The notes under the pieces: model-generated
Database searches by the model: none
Told to the model about the DNA's origin: nothing
What the model saw: only the letters and a program-made list of their open reading frames with translations
From: Halarcobacter sp.
GTDB lineage: Bacteria > Campylobacterota > Campylobacteria > Campylobacterales > Arcobacteraceae
DNA: 64,000 nt
Reading direction: 5' to 3'
Assembly (NCBI GenBank): GCA_963676565.1
Contig: OY781089.1
Coordinates: forward strand, 1,568,001-1,632,000
Part shown: positions 31,352 to 40,410 of the stretch, piece by piece
Layout: every line of letters starts with the position of its first letter
Numbering within the stretch: position 1 is the stretch's first letter
Translations under genes and position numbers: made by a program

Positions 31352-33322
31352 ATGAAAAAAAGTATTATACTTTCTCTTACAACTATAAGCATACTTTTTG
31401 CAGAAAATGTTGTGAATATTGACGAGATTCAAGTTAAAGAGGAGAAAATCAATACAACAATTGTAAAGGATGTAAGTAAAGAAGAGATTAAATCTGCTGA
31501 TTTAGCTGAATCGTTAGTTAAAAATATCCCATCTGTATCCCTTGTAAGAAGAAGTGGTATTGCAAATGATATTATATTAAGAGGTTCAAAAAAAGATAAT
31601 ATTAACATATTAGTTGATGATTCAAAAATCTATGGAGCATGTCCAAATAGGATGGATCCTGCTACTTCTCATGTTTTAACAAATAATATTGAAAAAGTTA
31701 CAGTGATTGAAGGGCCATATGATGTTGAAAATTTTGGAACATTAAGTGGTTTGGTAAAAGTTGAAACAAAAAATCCAACAAAAGAATTTTCTGGAGATAT
31801 AAATTTAAATATGGGAAGTTTTGGATATAAAAAAGGTTCTTTTACTGTAAGTGGAGGAAATGATTATATTAAGTTACTATTATCAGCTTCAATGGAAAAA
31901 TCTAATCAATATGAAGATGGAAATGGAAATGATTTTTATGAGCAACAAGTTGCAAATGGTATAGCAGCTAGTTTAAATCCTATGGTAAGTAGTAAATTAT
32001 ACTCTTCTTCATATCAAGATATGGAAGCTTATGAGAAAAAAACATTATTAACAAAAGCTATAATTAATATTGATGATAGTTCAGAATTTAATTTATCATT
32101 AAATTTAAATAGAAGTGATAATGTCTTATATCCAAATACTCCAATGGATGCTGCTTATGATGATTCGGATATTTATACTATTTCATATACAAAGAGAAAT
32201 CTAGGGAGCTATTCTAAAGAATTAAATGTTGAGTATTACTACTCAAAAGTTGATCACCCAATGGATACTGCTTTTAGAGTTGCAGCAAATGGTGGAACTG
32301 TTGTAACTAACCATATGAACTCTTCAATTTGGGGTTCTAGAATTAAAAATTCAATGGATATTGCAGATTCTGTTTTAACTTACGGTTTAGATACTAGTGT
32401 AAGAAATTGGAAAGGGCAGATGTTATCTACAACAGGAGGTGTTACAACAGTAACAAGTACTTCTTTAGATTCTACAGATACTAAAAATAAAGCATTATTT
32501 ACAACATTGGAAAAAAGCTTTGGTGCATTAGATATAGAAGCTGGAATCAGATATGATGATACTAATATTGATAATGTAAATAGTGCAAAAACTAATAGAA
32601 AATATAATGCATTAAATGGAAATATTTTCGCAGTTTATAATTTAGATAATGAAACAAAAATATTTGCAGGTATAGGTAAATCATCAAGAGTTCCAGATGC
32701 TAGAGAGTTATATTATGGAGCAACAAATAATAATCTTGAGGATACAAAAAACTATGAGATTGATTTAGGTTTTGAAAAAAGCTTTGGTGATCTATTTATA
32801 AAAACAAAATTTTTCTATTCAAAATTAGAAGATTATATTTACAATGCAAGTGGATTTGAAAACATTGATGCATCTATTTATGGTGCAGAAGTTTCTGGAT
32901 TTTATTTAATAACTGAAGATATGATATTAGACTATGGTTTATCTTATTTAAAAGGTAAAAAAGATGGTAATTATGCAGATAAAGATTTGGCTGAAATCCC
33001 TCCATTAAAAGCGAACCTGTCGTTGAGTTATGATTTTGGACCAAGTGTATTAACAACTCAATTAATTGCATCAAAAGGGTGGAATTCTTATGATTCAACA
33101 GCTGGTGAGCAAGATTTAGGTGGTTATGCAGTTTTAAATACTAAATATAACCACAATATAAGTAGAAATTTTGATGTAACATTGGGGATTGATAATATAT
33201 TAGATAAAACATATACATCAACAAATACGTATAATGATATTACATATATTGGAAGTGGTGATACTGAACTTTTAAATGACCCAGGAAGATATTTTTATAT
33301 AAATTTAAAATATAGTTTTTAG
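31352..33322 (+). CDS. TonB-dependent receptor, OprC/NosA-like (probable copper uptake)
   Basis: Signal peptide, plug GACPNRMDP (CxxxM), DHPMD (HxM), C-terminal DPGRYFYINLKYSF. Confidence 0.88.
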   Translation: MKKSIILSLTTISILFAENVVNIDEIQVKEEKINTTIVKDVSKEEIKSADLAESLVKNIPSVSLVRRSGIANDIILRGSKKDNINILVDDSKIYGACPNRMDPATSHVLTNNIEKVTVIEGPYDVENFGTLSGLVKVETKNPTKEFSGDINLNMGSFGYKKGSFTVSGGNDYIKLLLSASMEKSNQYEDGNGNDFYEQQVANGIAASLNPMVSSKLYSSSYQDMEAYEKKTLLTKAIINIDDSSEFNLSLNLNRSDNVLYPNTPMDAAYDDSDIYTISYTKRNLGSYSKELNVEYYYSKVDHPMDTAFRVAANGGTVVTNHMNSSIWGSRIKNSMDIADSVLTYGLDTSVRNWKGQMLSTTGGVTTVTSTSLDSTDTKNKALFTTLEKSFGALDIEAGIRYDDTNIDNVNSAKTNRKYNALNGNIFAVYNLDNETKIFAGIGKSSRVPDARELYYGATNNNLEDTKNYEIDLGFEKSFGDLFIKTKFFYSKLEDYIYNASGFENIDASIYGAEVSGFYLITEDMILDYGLSYLKGKKDGNYADKDLAEIPPLKANLSLSYDFGPSVLTTQLIASKGWNSYDSTAGEQDLGGYAVLNTKYNHNISRNFDVTLGIDNILDKTYTSTNTYNDITYIGSGDTELLNDPGRYFYINLKYSF

Positions 33323-33346
33323 TCAAAATTGATTTGAAATAGTTTT

Positions 33347-33367
33347 AAGGGAGTATAAAACTCCCTT
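33347..33367 (+). terminator. Hairpin after the TonB receptor gene
   Basis: AAGGGAGT-ataaa-ACTCCCTT; weak U-tail. Confidence 0.55.
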
Positions 33368-33555
33368 GAGAAATATGTACACTAGAGGGCTAAAACTTAT
33401 ATTAAAAAATCTAAGTTGTAATGAAATATTATTAAAACTTGGAAACATAATGATTACACTTCAGACAAATAGATTATTTACAAAATTAGATTAAAAATTT
33501 ATAAATACTATAAGATTACTAATAGTAATATATTATAGATAAAAGGAGGTTTGTT

Positions 33556-33777
33556 ATGACTAGTGAACATTTAGAACCTGTAAAAAAAGATGATATTAAA
33601 GAATTGTCTAAATATGATGAAGATATTCATGTTATAGATTATGATGAGGGGAATTTTCATTGTGCAGAAGTGTTTTCCCATGAAGGTGCTTTTAGAGGCT
33701 GTGCTAAAACAAAGGAAGAGGCAGTGAAAAAAGCAGTAAATCTCTATGAAAAAGAGCATAAGGAAACTCAAAATTAG
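33556..33777 (+). CDS. Small hypothetical protein with HicB-like pattern
   Basis: Strong AGGAGG SD; VIDYDEGNFHCAEVFSHEGAFRGCAKTKEEAVKKA resembles the HicB N-terminal domain. Confidence 0.75.
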   Translation: MTSEHLEPVKKDDIKELSKYDEDIHVIDYDEGNFHCAEVFSHEGAFRGCAKTKEEAVKKAVNLYEKEHKETQN

Positions 33778-33786
33778 AATGGAGTT

Positions 33787-35016
33787 TTAATCAAAATCCA
33801 TTCTAACTTGAGTTTGGCCAGTGGTACAAAACTCTTCATCAATTTTTTTTGCTATTGCATGAAAGTTGATACCATTTATCTCTTTTAGACCTTTCATAAT
33901 TTGCTTTTTCCCATTTACTAACTCTTTTGATTTAATTCCATGGGAAATAGATAAAGATGCTTCTACAAATGCAGATAATTTATCACATTGTTTTAAAGCC
34001 TCTCCATCAATTGCATTGAATTTATCCATATTATATTTTGAAGCGTCATCTACTAATGTAATCTCTCCATTTTGATAAATTCTATTTGCAAATTCATCCT
34101 TTGAGTCTTCATACATCCCTAAAATATAACAAAATTCATCGTGCATAAACTCTGGAATATTTGGTAAGATTGCATCTTGTATCTTTTTGATTTCATATTC
34201 GGCAATAATATCAGATAAATCATCAACTGAATATTTTACAGGGGTTATAATATCTCTTGTTAAAGCTTCAGGTAAATCATGAAAAAGTGAAGTGAAGAAG
34301 TTGTTTTCAATTCTTTTTGGACAAGCATTAACTTCTATTGAATAAAAATAAGCAAAAATAGCAACAGTAAGCATGTGTCCTAAAACTGAAGTTTCTGGGA
34401 TTCTTGGTGTTTGTGCCCATCTTTTTTGAAACCTTAATCTGCCACTTAAATCAACAACCTTAGCAAGTTTTTTATTAAGTGCAATTTTTCTTACACCAAT
34501 TAGCTCATAATAATCTTCAATCTCTTCTTCAACACTTTTTTTAACCTCTTCAATATCTGAAAGAAAGGTTGAAGTTTGGTAAACTATTGAAAACTCCCAT
34601 CTTGTTGATAGATATGAAGCTGCTTTTAAAATAAATCTTTCTTTTTTGTAGATATTAGGATTATTTAAATACTCTTCAAATTTTTGTAAAAAAATACCAT
34701 TGTTTATTTCACCTAAAGATTTTTCTAAATTAGCAACTACCCAAGAGTTAATCTCTTTAGCTCTTTTTTGTAAAGCATTTCTAAATACATCAGGTCTAAT
34801 ATCTGTTACAACTACACGTCTTAAAAACTCAAAGATTGCAGCTTCAATTAAGTAATTATAATCAACATCTTTTTCAAATTTTGCAATAAAATATGCAATA
34901 ATTAATTTATGGGCTTGTTTATCAAGTTCAACCAATTCAACCATTCTTGGATAATCATTCCATCTTTGAATAGATGCTGATGAAAAAATATAGTCTATAA
35001 TTTTAGGATTTATCAT
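33787..35016 (-). CDS. HD-domain protein (tandem YfbR-like domains)
   Basis: C-terminal half RW..ETSVLGH..FHDLPEALTRDI..CDKL; N-terminal half has a parallel degenerate copy. Confidence 0.85.
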   Translation of the reverse strand: MINPKIIDYIFSSASIQRWNDYPRMVELVELDKQAHKLIIAYFIAKFEKDVDYNYLIEAAIFEFLRRVVVTDIRPDVFRNALQKRAKEINSWVVANLEKSLGEINNGIFLQKFEEYLNNPNIYKKERFILKAASYLSTRWEFSIVYQTSTFLSDIEEVKKSVEEEIEDYYELIGVRKIALNKKLAKVVDLSGRLRFQKRWAQTPRIPETSVLGHMLTVAIFAYFYSIEVNACPKRIENNFFTSLFHDLPEALTRDIITPVKYSVDDLSDIIAEYEIKKIQDAILPNIPEFMHDEFCYILGMYEDSKDEFANRIYQNGEITLVDDASKYNMDKFNAIDGEALKQCDKLSAFVEASLSISHGIKSKELVNGKKQIMKGLKEINGINFHAIAKKIDEEFCTTGQTQVRMDFD

Positions 35017-35018
35017 TT

Positions 35019-35120
35019 TTAATTCTTTTTATCGTCAGAAAAAAACATAAGTTTTTTACCAAGTAGCATAAATGCTACAACTACAAGCGTTACTGTATAT
35101 GCTACCCAATCTTCATGCAT
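35019..35120 (-). CDS. Putative 33-aa single-TM small protein
   Basis: Not in the track: MHEDWVAYTVTLVVVAFMLLGKKLMFFSDDKKN; stop is 2 nt before the HD gene ATG; weak AAGAG SD. Confidence 0.6.
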   Translation of the reverse strand: MHEDWVAYTVTLVVVAFMLLGKKLMFFSDDKKN

Positions 35121-35254
35121 TTTGTCTCTTTTTTTGTTTTAGAGATTATCCCATAATAATGATAAATTGGTACTTAGGATTTTTTTATTAAAAGTTTGAT
35201 GCAAATTGAAAAATTAGATGTATAATTCCAAAAATTAATATAAGGAATACTCAA

Positions 35255-36235
35255 ATGTCAATACTAACAATTGGCAACTATACATTAAAACATTTTGAAT
35301 TGAATGCAAAAGAGATTATGGATAATTACTTAAAAGAGATTAGTGTAGATTTAAGTGATTATACTTTTGCTGGAAATTATATTTGGCTTTCAACAGCAAC
35401 AGGTTTTTATTCAATTGTAAATGATACTTTTTGTCTTTTTATTTTAAATTCAGGTGAACTTACAATGCTTTTACCTCCAATAGGAAAAAAAGAAAAAACA
35501 TATGATGCTATATTAAAATGTTTTGAGATTATGAATGTTCATAATAGCAATAGAAACTATTCAAAAATAGAGTATGTTCATGAAGATATATTAGAGGGAT
35601 TTGTTGATTATTTAGAGGAGGGCACTTTAATATATGAGATGTTAAAAGATTTCCTTATAGAAAAAAAACTTGTGGATTATATTTATAAAGCTAATGATTT
35701 AATTGATTTAAAAGGTGATTCATATAAATCAAAAAGAAATGAGATTAATAAGTTTATAAAGATTTATCCAAATCATAGAATAGAAGTTTTAGAAAAGTCA
35801 AAACATGGTGAAGCTGTTATTCAACTTTTCAATAAATGGGTTAAAGATAGAACAACTTATATGCCAAAAGAGGAGGTTGAAGTTTTCCTTGATGGTATCT
35901 ATTTTGAAAGATTTGCAATAAAAAGGTTGTTTAATAATTATGAAAACCTAGATGTAGTTGGACTTGTAATTTATATAGATGATGAGATAAAAGGTTTTAC
36001 TGTTGGTGAAAAAATTAATGACACAACAGCAAGTGTAATTATTGAAAAAACAGATTTTGAAATATTAGGATGTGCACAATTTATTTTTAGAGAATTTACA
36101 AAAATATTAAAAGATAAATACGCAATAGAGTATGTGAATGTTGGTGATGATATGGGATTTGAAAACTTGAAAAAAGTAAAAATGTCTTATAGACCAAATA
36201 AACTTGTTCCAAAATACACAATCTATCAAAAATGA
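35255..36235 (+). CDS. Stand-alone DUF2156 / aminoacyl-phosphatidylglycerol synthase C-terminal-like protein
   Basis: DYIYKANDLIDLKG..KRNEINKF, IEKTD..GCAQFI, VNVGDDMGFENLKKVKMSYRP; no TM segments. Confidence 0.82.
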   Translation: MSILTIGNYTLKHFELNAKEIMDNYLKEISVDLSDYTFAGNYIWLSTATGFYSIVNDTFCLFILNSGELTMLLPPIGKKEKTYDAILKCFEIMNVHNSNRNYSKIEYVHEDILEGFVDYLEEGTLIYEMLKDFLIEKKLVDYIYKANDLIDLKGDSYKSKRNEINKFIKIYPNHRIEVLEKSKHGEAVIQLFNKWVKDRTTYMPKEEVEVFLDGIYFERFAIKRLFNNYENLDVVGLVIYIDDEIKGFTVGEKINDTTASVIIEKTDFEILGCAQFIFREFTKILKDKYAIEYVNVGDDMGFENLKKVKMSYRPNKLVPKYTIYQK

Positions 36236-36654
36236 AAATATCAAAAGCAACTAAAAAAGATGTAAAAAAACTTTTTATTTTAGAAAATGAAGTTTTTAAA
36301 AGTGATAGTATGGCTATCTCTTTAAGTAGTTTTTATTATCATTTAAAAAACAACACAATATTTATAGTTGAAGATGATGAATCAATTTTAGGTTACATAC
36401 TTTGGTTAGAAAGAAATAACTACTTTAGGCTTTATTCTTTATGTATTTCTACGAATTTTCAAGGGAATGGTTTTGGAAAAAAACTTTTAGAATATAGTTT
36501 TGAAAAAATGCCCAAAAAAGCAATGCAACTAGAAGTTAGATTATCAAATCAAAAAGCTATAAAATTATATGAAAAGTTTGAATTTAAAAAAGTAAAAATT
36601 TTAAAAGATTTTTATGAGAATGAAGATGGAGTTTTAATGAGAATAGAAAGATAA
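36232..36654 (+). CDS. GNAT N-acetyltransferase (RimI-like)
   Basis: FQGNGFGKKLL acetyl-CoA motif, LEVRLSNQKAIKLYEKFEF; ATGA overlap with the DUF2156 gene. Confidence 0.88.
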   Translation: MKISKATKKDVKKLFILENEVFKSDSMAISLSSFYYHLKNNTIFIVEDDESILGYILWLERNNYFRLYSLCISTNFQGNGFGKKLLEYSFEKMPKKAMQLEVRLSNQKAIKLYEKFEFKKVKILKDFYENEDGVLMRIER

Positions 36655-36666
36655 ACTTTCTATTCT

Positions 36667-37116
36667 TTATACTCTACAGCTTCCAAAAAGATTATTGATT
36701 TTTTCAACTCTACCTTCATGTCTTCCACCTTCAAAAGATGAATTACACCAAGCATCAACTATTGCTTCAACCATTCCATATCCAGAAACTCTTTCTCCCA
36801 TACAAATTACATTTGCATCGTTGTGTTCTCTAGCCATTTTTGCACTATATTCATTGTGACAAAGTGCTGCTCTAATTCCATCAAATTTGTTTGCAGCCAT
36901 ACTCATCCCAATACCAGAACCACAAATTAAAATACCTTTGCTTCCTTCATTTGCTAAAACTTCTTTACAAACTTTTGCTGCAAAATCTGGATAATCAACT
37001 CTATCTTTTGAATAAGGTCCTAAATCCTCAACTTCATGACCTCTTGCTTCAAATAACTCTTTTACATAAGCTTTAATATCGATACCTGCATGGTCTGCTG
37101 CTATATAATATTTCAT
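36667..37116 (-). CDS. rpiB: Ribose 5-phosphate isomerase B
   Basis: ADHAG, DYPD, CGSGIGMSMAANK, HNDAN, FEGGRH. Confidence 0.96.
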   Translation of the reverse strand: MKYYIAADHAGIDIKAYVKELFEARGHEVEDLGPYSKDRVDYPDFAAKVCKEVLANEGSKGILICGSGIGMSMAANKFDGIRAALCHNEYSAKMAREHNDANVICMGERVSGYGMVEAIVDAWCNSSFEGGRHEGRVEKINNLFGSCRV

Positions 37117-37901
37117 TAGTAAATTCCCTCTTTATGATTTATTTCTATCTCTTTCCCCATGATTTCTTGTTCTATTGATTCAGGTGTTCTAAAAACTCTA
37201 TCCCATCTAATCTCTTTATTTTCATCCCAAGAAAAATAGATAAACCAAGGCTTACCTACAATAAATTTATATGGAACTGTTCCCCAAAATCTAGAGTCAT
37301 TAGAGTGATCTCTATTATCACCCATCATGAAAAATTCACCTTCAGGAATAAGAACTGGCATCATATCAAATAGTTGATATGGGTTTAAACCATTTTTTGT
37401 AACTGATGGGTCATTGTGAATACCTGGATGATCTTTTCTATATGGGTCTACAACAAATAGTTTTCCATCAGCTTCTACTGTCTGGTATCCTTTGTAGTTT
37501 TCTTTTACATAATCATTACCTTCATTTGGGTGAAGTAATAAATGTTTATCTTTTAATAAAACAATATCTCCACCTACAGCTACACATCTTTTTACATAAT
37601 GAATAACTTCGTTTCCTGGATATCTAAATACAACTATATCACCTCTTTGAGGCTTATCCCCTTCAATTAGGTGTCCATTATCATTAAAGTCTGGTAAAAC
37701 TTTTACTTCAAGCCATGGAATTCTTGGGGTTGGAACTCCATAAGAAAATTTCTTTACAAAAAGCATATCACCAATTAGTAAAGTATTTTTCATACTTCCA
37801 CTAGGAATTACAAAAGCTTGAGCTACAAAGAATATAATTGCTAGAACAATTACAACTGTTCCTGTCCAAGAGCTAGACCATTTGTAGATTTTGCCTAACA
37901 T
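37116..37901 (-). CDS. lepB: Signal peptidase I
   Basis: IPSGSM, YVKRC, GDNRDHSNDSRFWG. Confidence 0.96.
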   Translation of the reverse strand: MLGKIYKWSSSWTGTVVIVLAIIFFVAQAFVIPSGSMKNTLLIGDMLFVKKFSYGVPTPRIPWLEVKVLPDFNDNGHLIEGDKPQRGDIVVFRYPGNEVIHYVKRCVAVGGDIVLLKDKHLLLHPNEGNDYVKENYKGYQTVEADGKLFVVDPYRKDHPGIHNDPSVTKNGLNPYQLFDMMPVLIPEGEFFMMGDNRDHSNDSRFWGTVPYKFIVGKPWFIYFSWDENKEIRWDRVFRTPESIEQEIMGKEIEINHKEGIY

Positions 37902-38762
37902 CTACTTACTTTCTCTATCATCTCTTAGTTTAGCAGCTTTAACTGTATTTTTTAGAAGCATTGCAATTGTCATTGGTCCAACTCCACCTGGAACTGGTGT
38001 GATATAAGAACATTTATCCTTACATCCTTCAAAATCAACATCCCCAACTAATTTTCCAGTTTCTAATCTGTTTATTCCAACATCAACTACGATTGCACCC
38101 TCTTTTACCATATCTTCTGTAACAAGGTTAACTCTACCTGCTGCTACAATTAGGATATCTGCATTTAAAGTATGAGCTTTTAAATCTCTTGTTTTTGAAT
38201 TACAAACTTCAACTGTTGCTTTTGCATTTATCATAAGTGCTGCCATTGGTTTACCAACAATGTCAGATGCACCAATAATACAAACATTTTTCCCAACTAA
38301 ATCGATATTGTATTCTTCTAACATTCTCATAACACCAAATGGAGTTGCAGGTAAAAATGCATCAAGATTTGAAACCATTCTTCCTACATTGTATGGGTGG
38401 AAACCATCAACATCTTTTTGAGGGTCAATTGCTTCAAGAATTGTTGTAGTATCAACTTGCGGTGGCAATGGAAGTTGTACTAAAATACCATCAAGGTTTG
38501 GGTTTTCGTTCATTCTATCAATAATATCTAATATCTCATTTTGTGAAATTGTATCTGGCATTTCGTGAACTACCGAATAAATACCTGCATTTTTACAAGC
38601 TTTTGCTTTCATACCTACATAAGTAGCACTTGCTGCATCATTTCCAACTAAAATTACAGCTAAACCAGGAGTTACATGTTTCTGTTTTTGAAGTTCTTCA
38701 ACTTCAACTTTTACTTCTTCTTTAATTTTGTCCGATAATGCTTTACCATCTAATATAGTCAT
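37902..38762 (-). CDS. folD: Methylenetetrahydrofolate dehydrogenase/cyclohydrolase
   Basis: LVQLPLP, KDVDGFHP, TPVPGGVGPMT. Confidence 0.97.
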   Translation of the reverse strand: MTILDGKALSDKIKEEVKVEVEELQKQKHVTPGLAVILVGNDAASATYVGMKAKACKNAGIYSVVHEMPDTISQNEILDIIDRMNENPNLDGILVQLPLPPQVDTTTILEAIDPQKDVDGFHPYNVGRMVSNLDAFLPATPFGVMRMLEEYNIDLVGKNVCIIGASDIVGKPMAALMINAKATVEVCNSKTRDLKAHTLNADILIVAAGRVNLVTEDMVKEGAIVVDVGINRLETGKLVGDVDFEGCKDKCSYITPVPGGVGPMTIAMLLKNTVKAAKLRDDRESK

Positions 38763-38849
38763 ACTTTTATAGCCTCATATGTATTTAAATTTAGGTTGAT
38801 ATAATATCCAAAAAATTTTTAATATAGCATTACATCTTAGAGGTTACAA

Positions 38850-39230
38850 TTGAGACTTATTTTATCAGTTCTATTTTTATCAAGTTTATTATTTTCTGCT
38901 ACTAAAAATAGCCTTGATAATTCATTTATTACACGATTCGAATATGGAGCTATGCTTTATGAAAATCCAAGGGGAGTAGGGTGTATCTCTTGTCATAAAA
39001 AAGGTGATAAACCAGTTATAATTGCAAAATATAAAGAAAAAGATAGAAAAACAAAAAAATTAGTAGAAAAATCAATAATTGCTCCAGCAATAAATGAAGT
39101 AAGTTATGAAGCATTTATCGATAAAATGACTGCTGATAAAACAGATTCAAAGGTTATGCCAACATATTTTTTGACAAAAGAGGAACTAGATTCTTTGTAT
39201 TTTTATATAAAAAGATTAAATAAAAAATAA
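38850..39230 (+). CDS. Monoheme cytochrome c
   Basis: Signal peptide, CISCH, probable distal Met (VMPTY). Confidence 0.8.
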   Translation: MRLILSVLFLSSLLFSATKNSLDNSFITRFEYGAMLYENPRGVGCISCHKKGDKPVIIAKYKEKDRKTKKLVEKSIIAPAINEVSYEAFIDKMTADKTDSKVMPTYFLTKEELDSLYFYIKRLNKK

Positions 39231-39308
39231 AACTTATACTTTCATTAAACTAACTTTTATAAAACTTTTAGTAAAATCGCAGTCCAAAATTTAAAACAAA
39301 GGAATGTT

Positions 39309-39845
39309 ATGTTAGAGGGTATCGTAAGAAATAGTATAACAAAACAAGAAACTAAATCTTTAAGAAGAGATGGTTACTTAATTGCAAATATCTATGGTAA
39401 AGGTTTAGAAAATATTAATGCTGCATTCAAAAAGAATGAATTCATTAAATTTTTAAGAAATAAAACAACTATTGCATTTGATGTAAAAGTTGGTGACAAT
39501 ACAGTTAAAGTTGTAGTACAAGAGTATCAAAAATGTCCAATTACTTCTGATTTATTACATGTTGACTTAATGATTGCTCAACCAGGTGTTAGAACTTCTT
39601 ATAAAGTTCCAGTAACAGTTGAAGGTACTCCAAAAGGTCTTAAAAACAAAGGTCTTTTTGTATTCCATAAAAAAAGAGTTCCAGTTAAATGTACAATTGA
39701 AAACTTACCAGAGTCTTTCCATTTACAAATTGCTGATCTTGATACTGGTGACAATATCTTAGTTAGAGACTTAACTATGCCAGAAGGTGTTGAGTGTTTC
39801 TTAGACCCAAGAGTTCCAGTTGTAGGTGTTATTAAAGCTAAGTAA
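39309..39845 (+). CDS. rplY: 50S ribosomal protein L25/Ctc
   Basis: [21 protein letters not shown]; upstream of pth. Confidence 0.95.
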   Translation: MLEGIVRNSITKQETKSLRRDGYLIANIYGKGLENINAAFKKNEFIKFLRNKTTIAFDVKVGDNTVKVVVQEYQKCPITSDLLHVDLMIAQPGVRTSYKVPVTVEGTPKGLKNKGLFVFHKKRVPVKCTIENLPESFHLQIADLDTGDNILVRDLTMPEGVECFLDPRVPVVGVIKAK

Positions 39846-39857
39846 TTAGGTTTTCTA

Positions 39858-40409
39858 ATGCACTTAATTGTAGGTCTTGGTAATATTGGTGATAAGTATC
39901 AATTAACTAGACACAATATAGGTTTTTTAGTTATCGATGAGATAACTAAAAACCTAAATACTTCAAACATAAATAAATCAAACTTCAAATCAGATCTTTT
40001 TAAATCAGGTTATGACCTTTATTCAAAACCTAAAACTTATATGAATCTCTCAGGTGAGGCTGTTCATGCAATCAAAGAATATTATAAATTAGAAAACGAA
40101 AATATAATTGTTATTCATGATGATTTAGATTTACCTTTTGGAAGCGTTAAATTTAAAATTGGTGGAGGTCATGGTGGTCACAACGGTTTAAAATCAATAG
40201 ATTCATATATTGGTAAAGATTATATAAGAGTTAGAATTGGGATTGGCAAGCCACAAGATAAGACACAAGTAGCAAATTATGTATTATCCAACTTTTCAAA
40301 AGAAGAATTAAATAAATTAGAAGATATAATCTCTCATACTATAAAAGCAATTGACGCACTTAAAGTTGAAGATATTGATGTAGTAAAATCAAAATTTACA
40401 CTAAAATAA
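39858..40409 (+). CDS. pth: Peptidyl-tRNA hydrolase
   Basis: GLGN, TRHNIGF, YMNLSG, HDDLD, GGHNGLKS. Confidence 0.97.
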   Translation: MHLIVGLGNIGDKYQLTRHNIGFLVIDEITKNLNTSNINKSNFKSDLFKSGYDLYSKPKTYMNLSGEAVHAIKEYYKLENENIIVIHDDLDLPFGSVKFKIGGGHGGHNGLKSIDSYIGKDYIRVRIGIGKPQDKTQVANYVLSNFSKEELNKLEDIISHTIKAIDALKVEDIDVVKSKFTLK

Positions 40410-40410
40410 T

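Noticed and set aside
33375..33494. 39-codon ORF (MYTRGLKLILKNLSCNEILLKLGNIMITLQTNRLFTKLD) as a possible HicA partner
   Set aside because: Too short, lacks the HicA GSH motif, has only a weak SD, and is the kind of ORF expected by chance.
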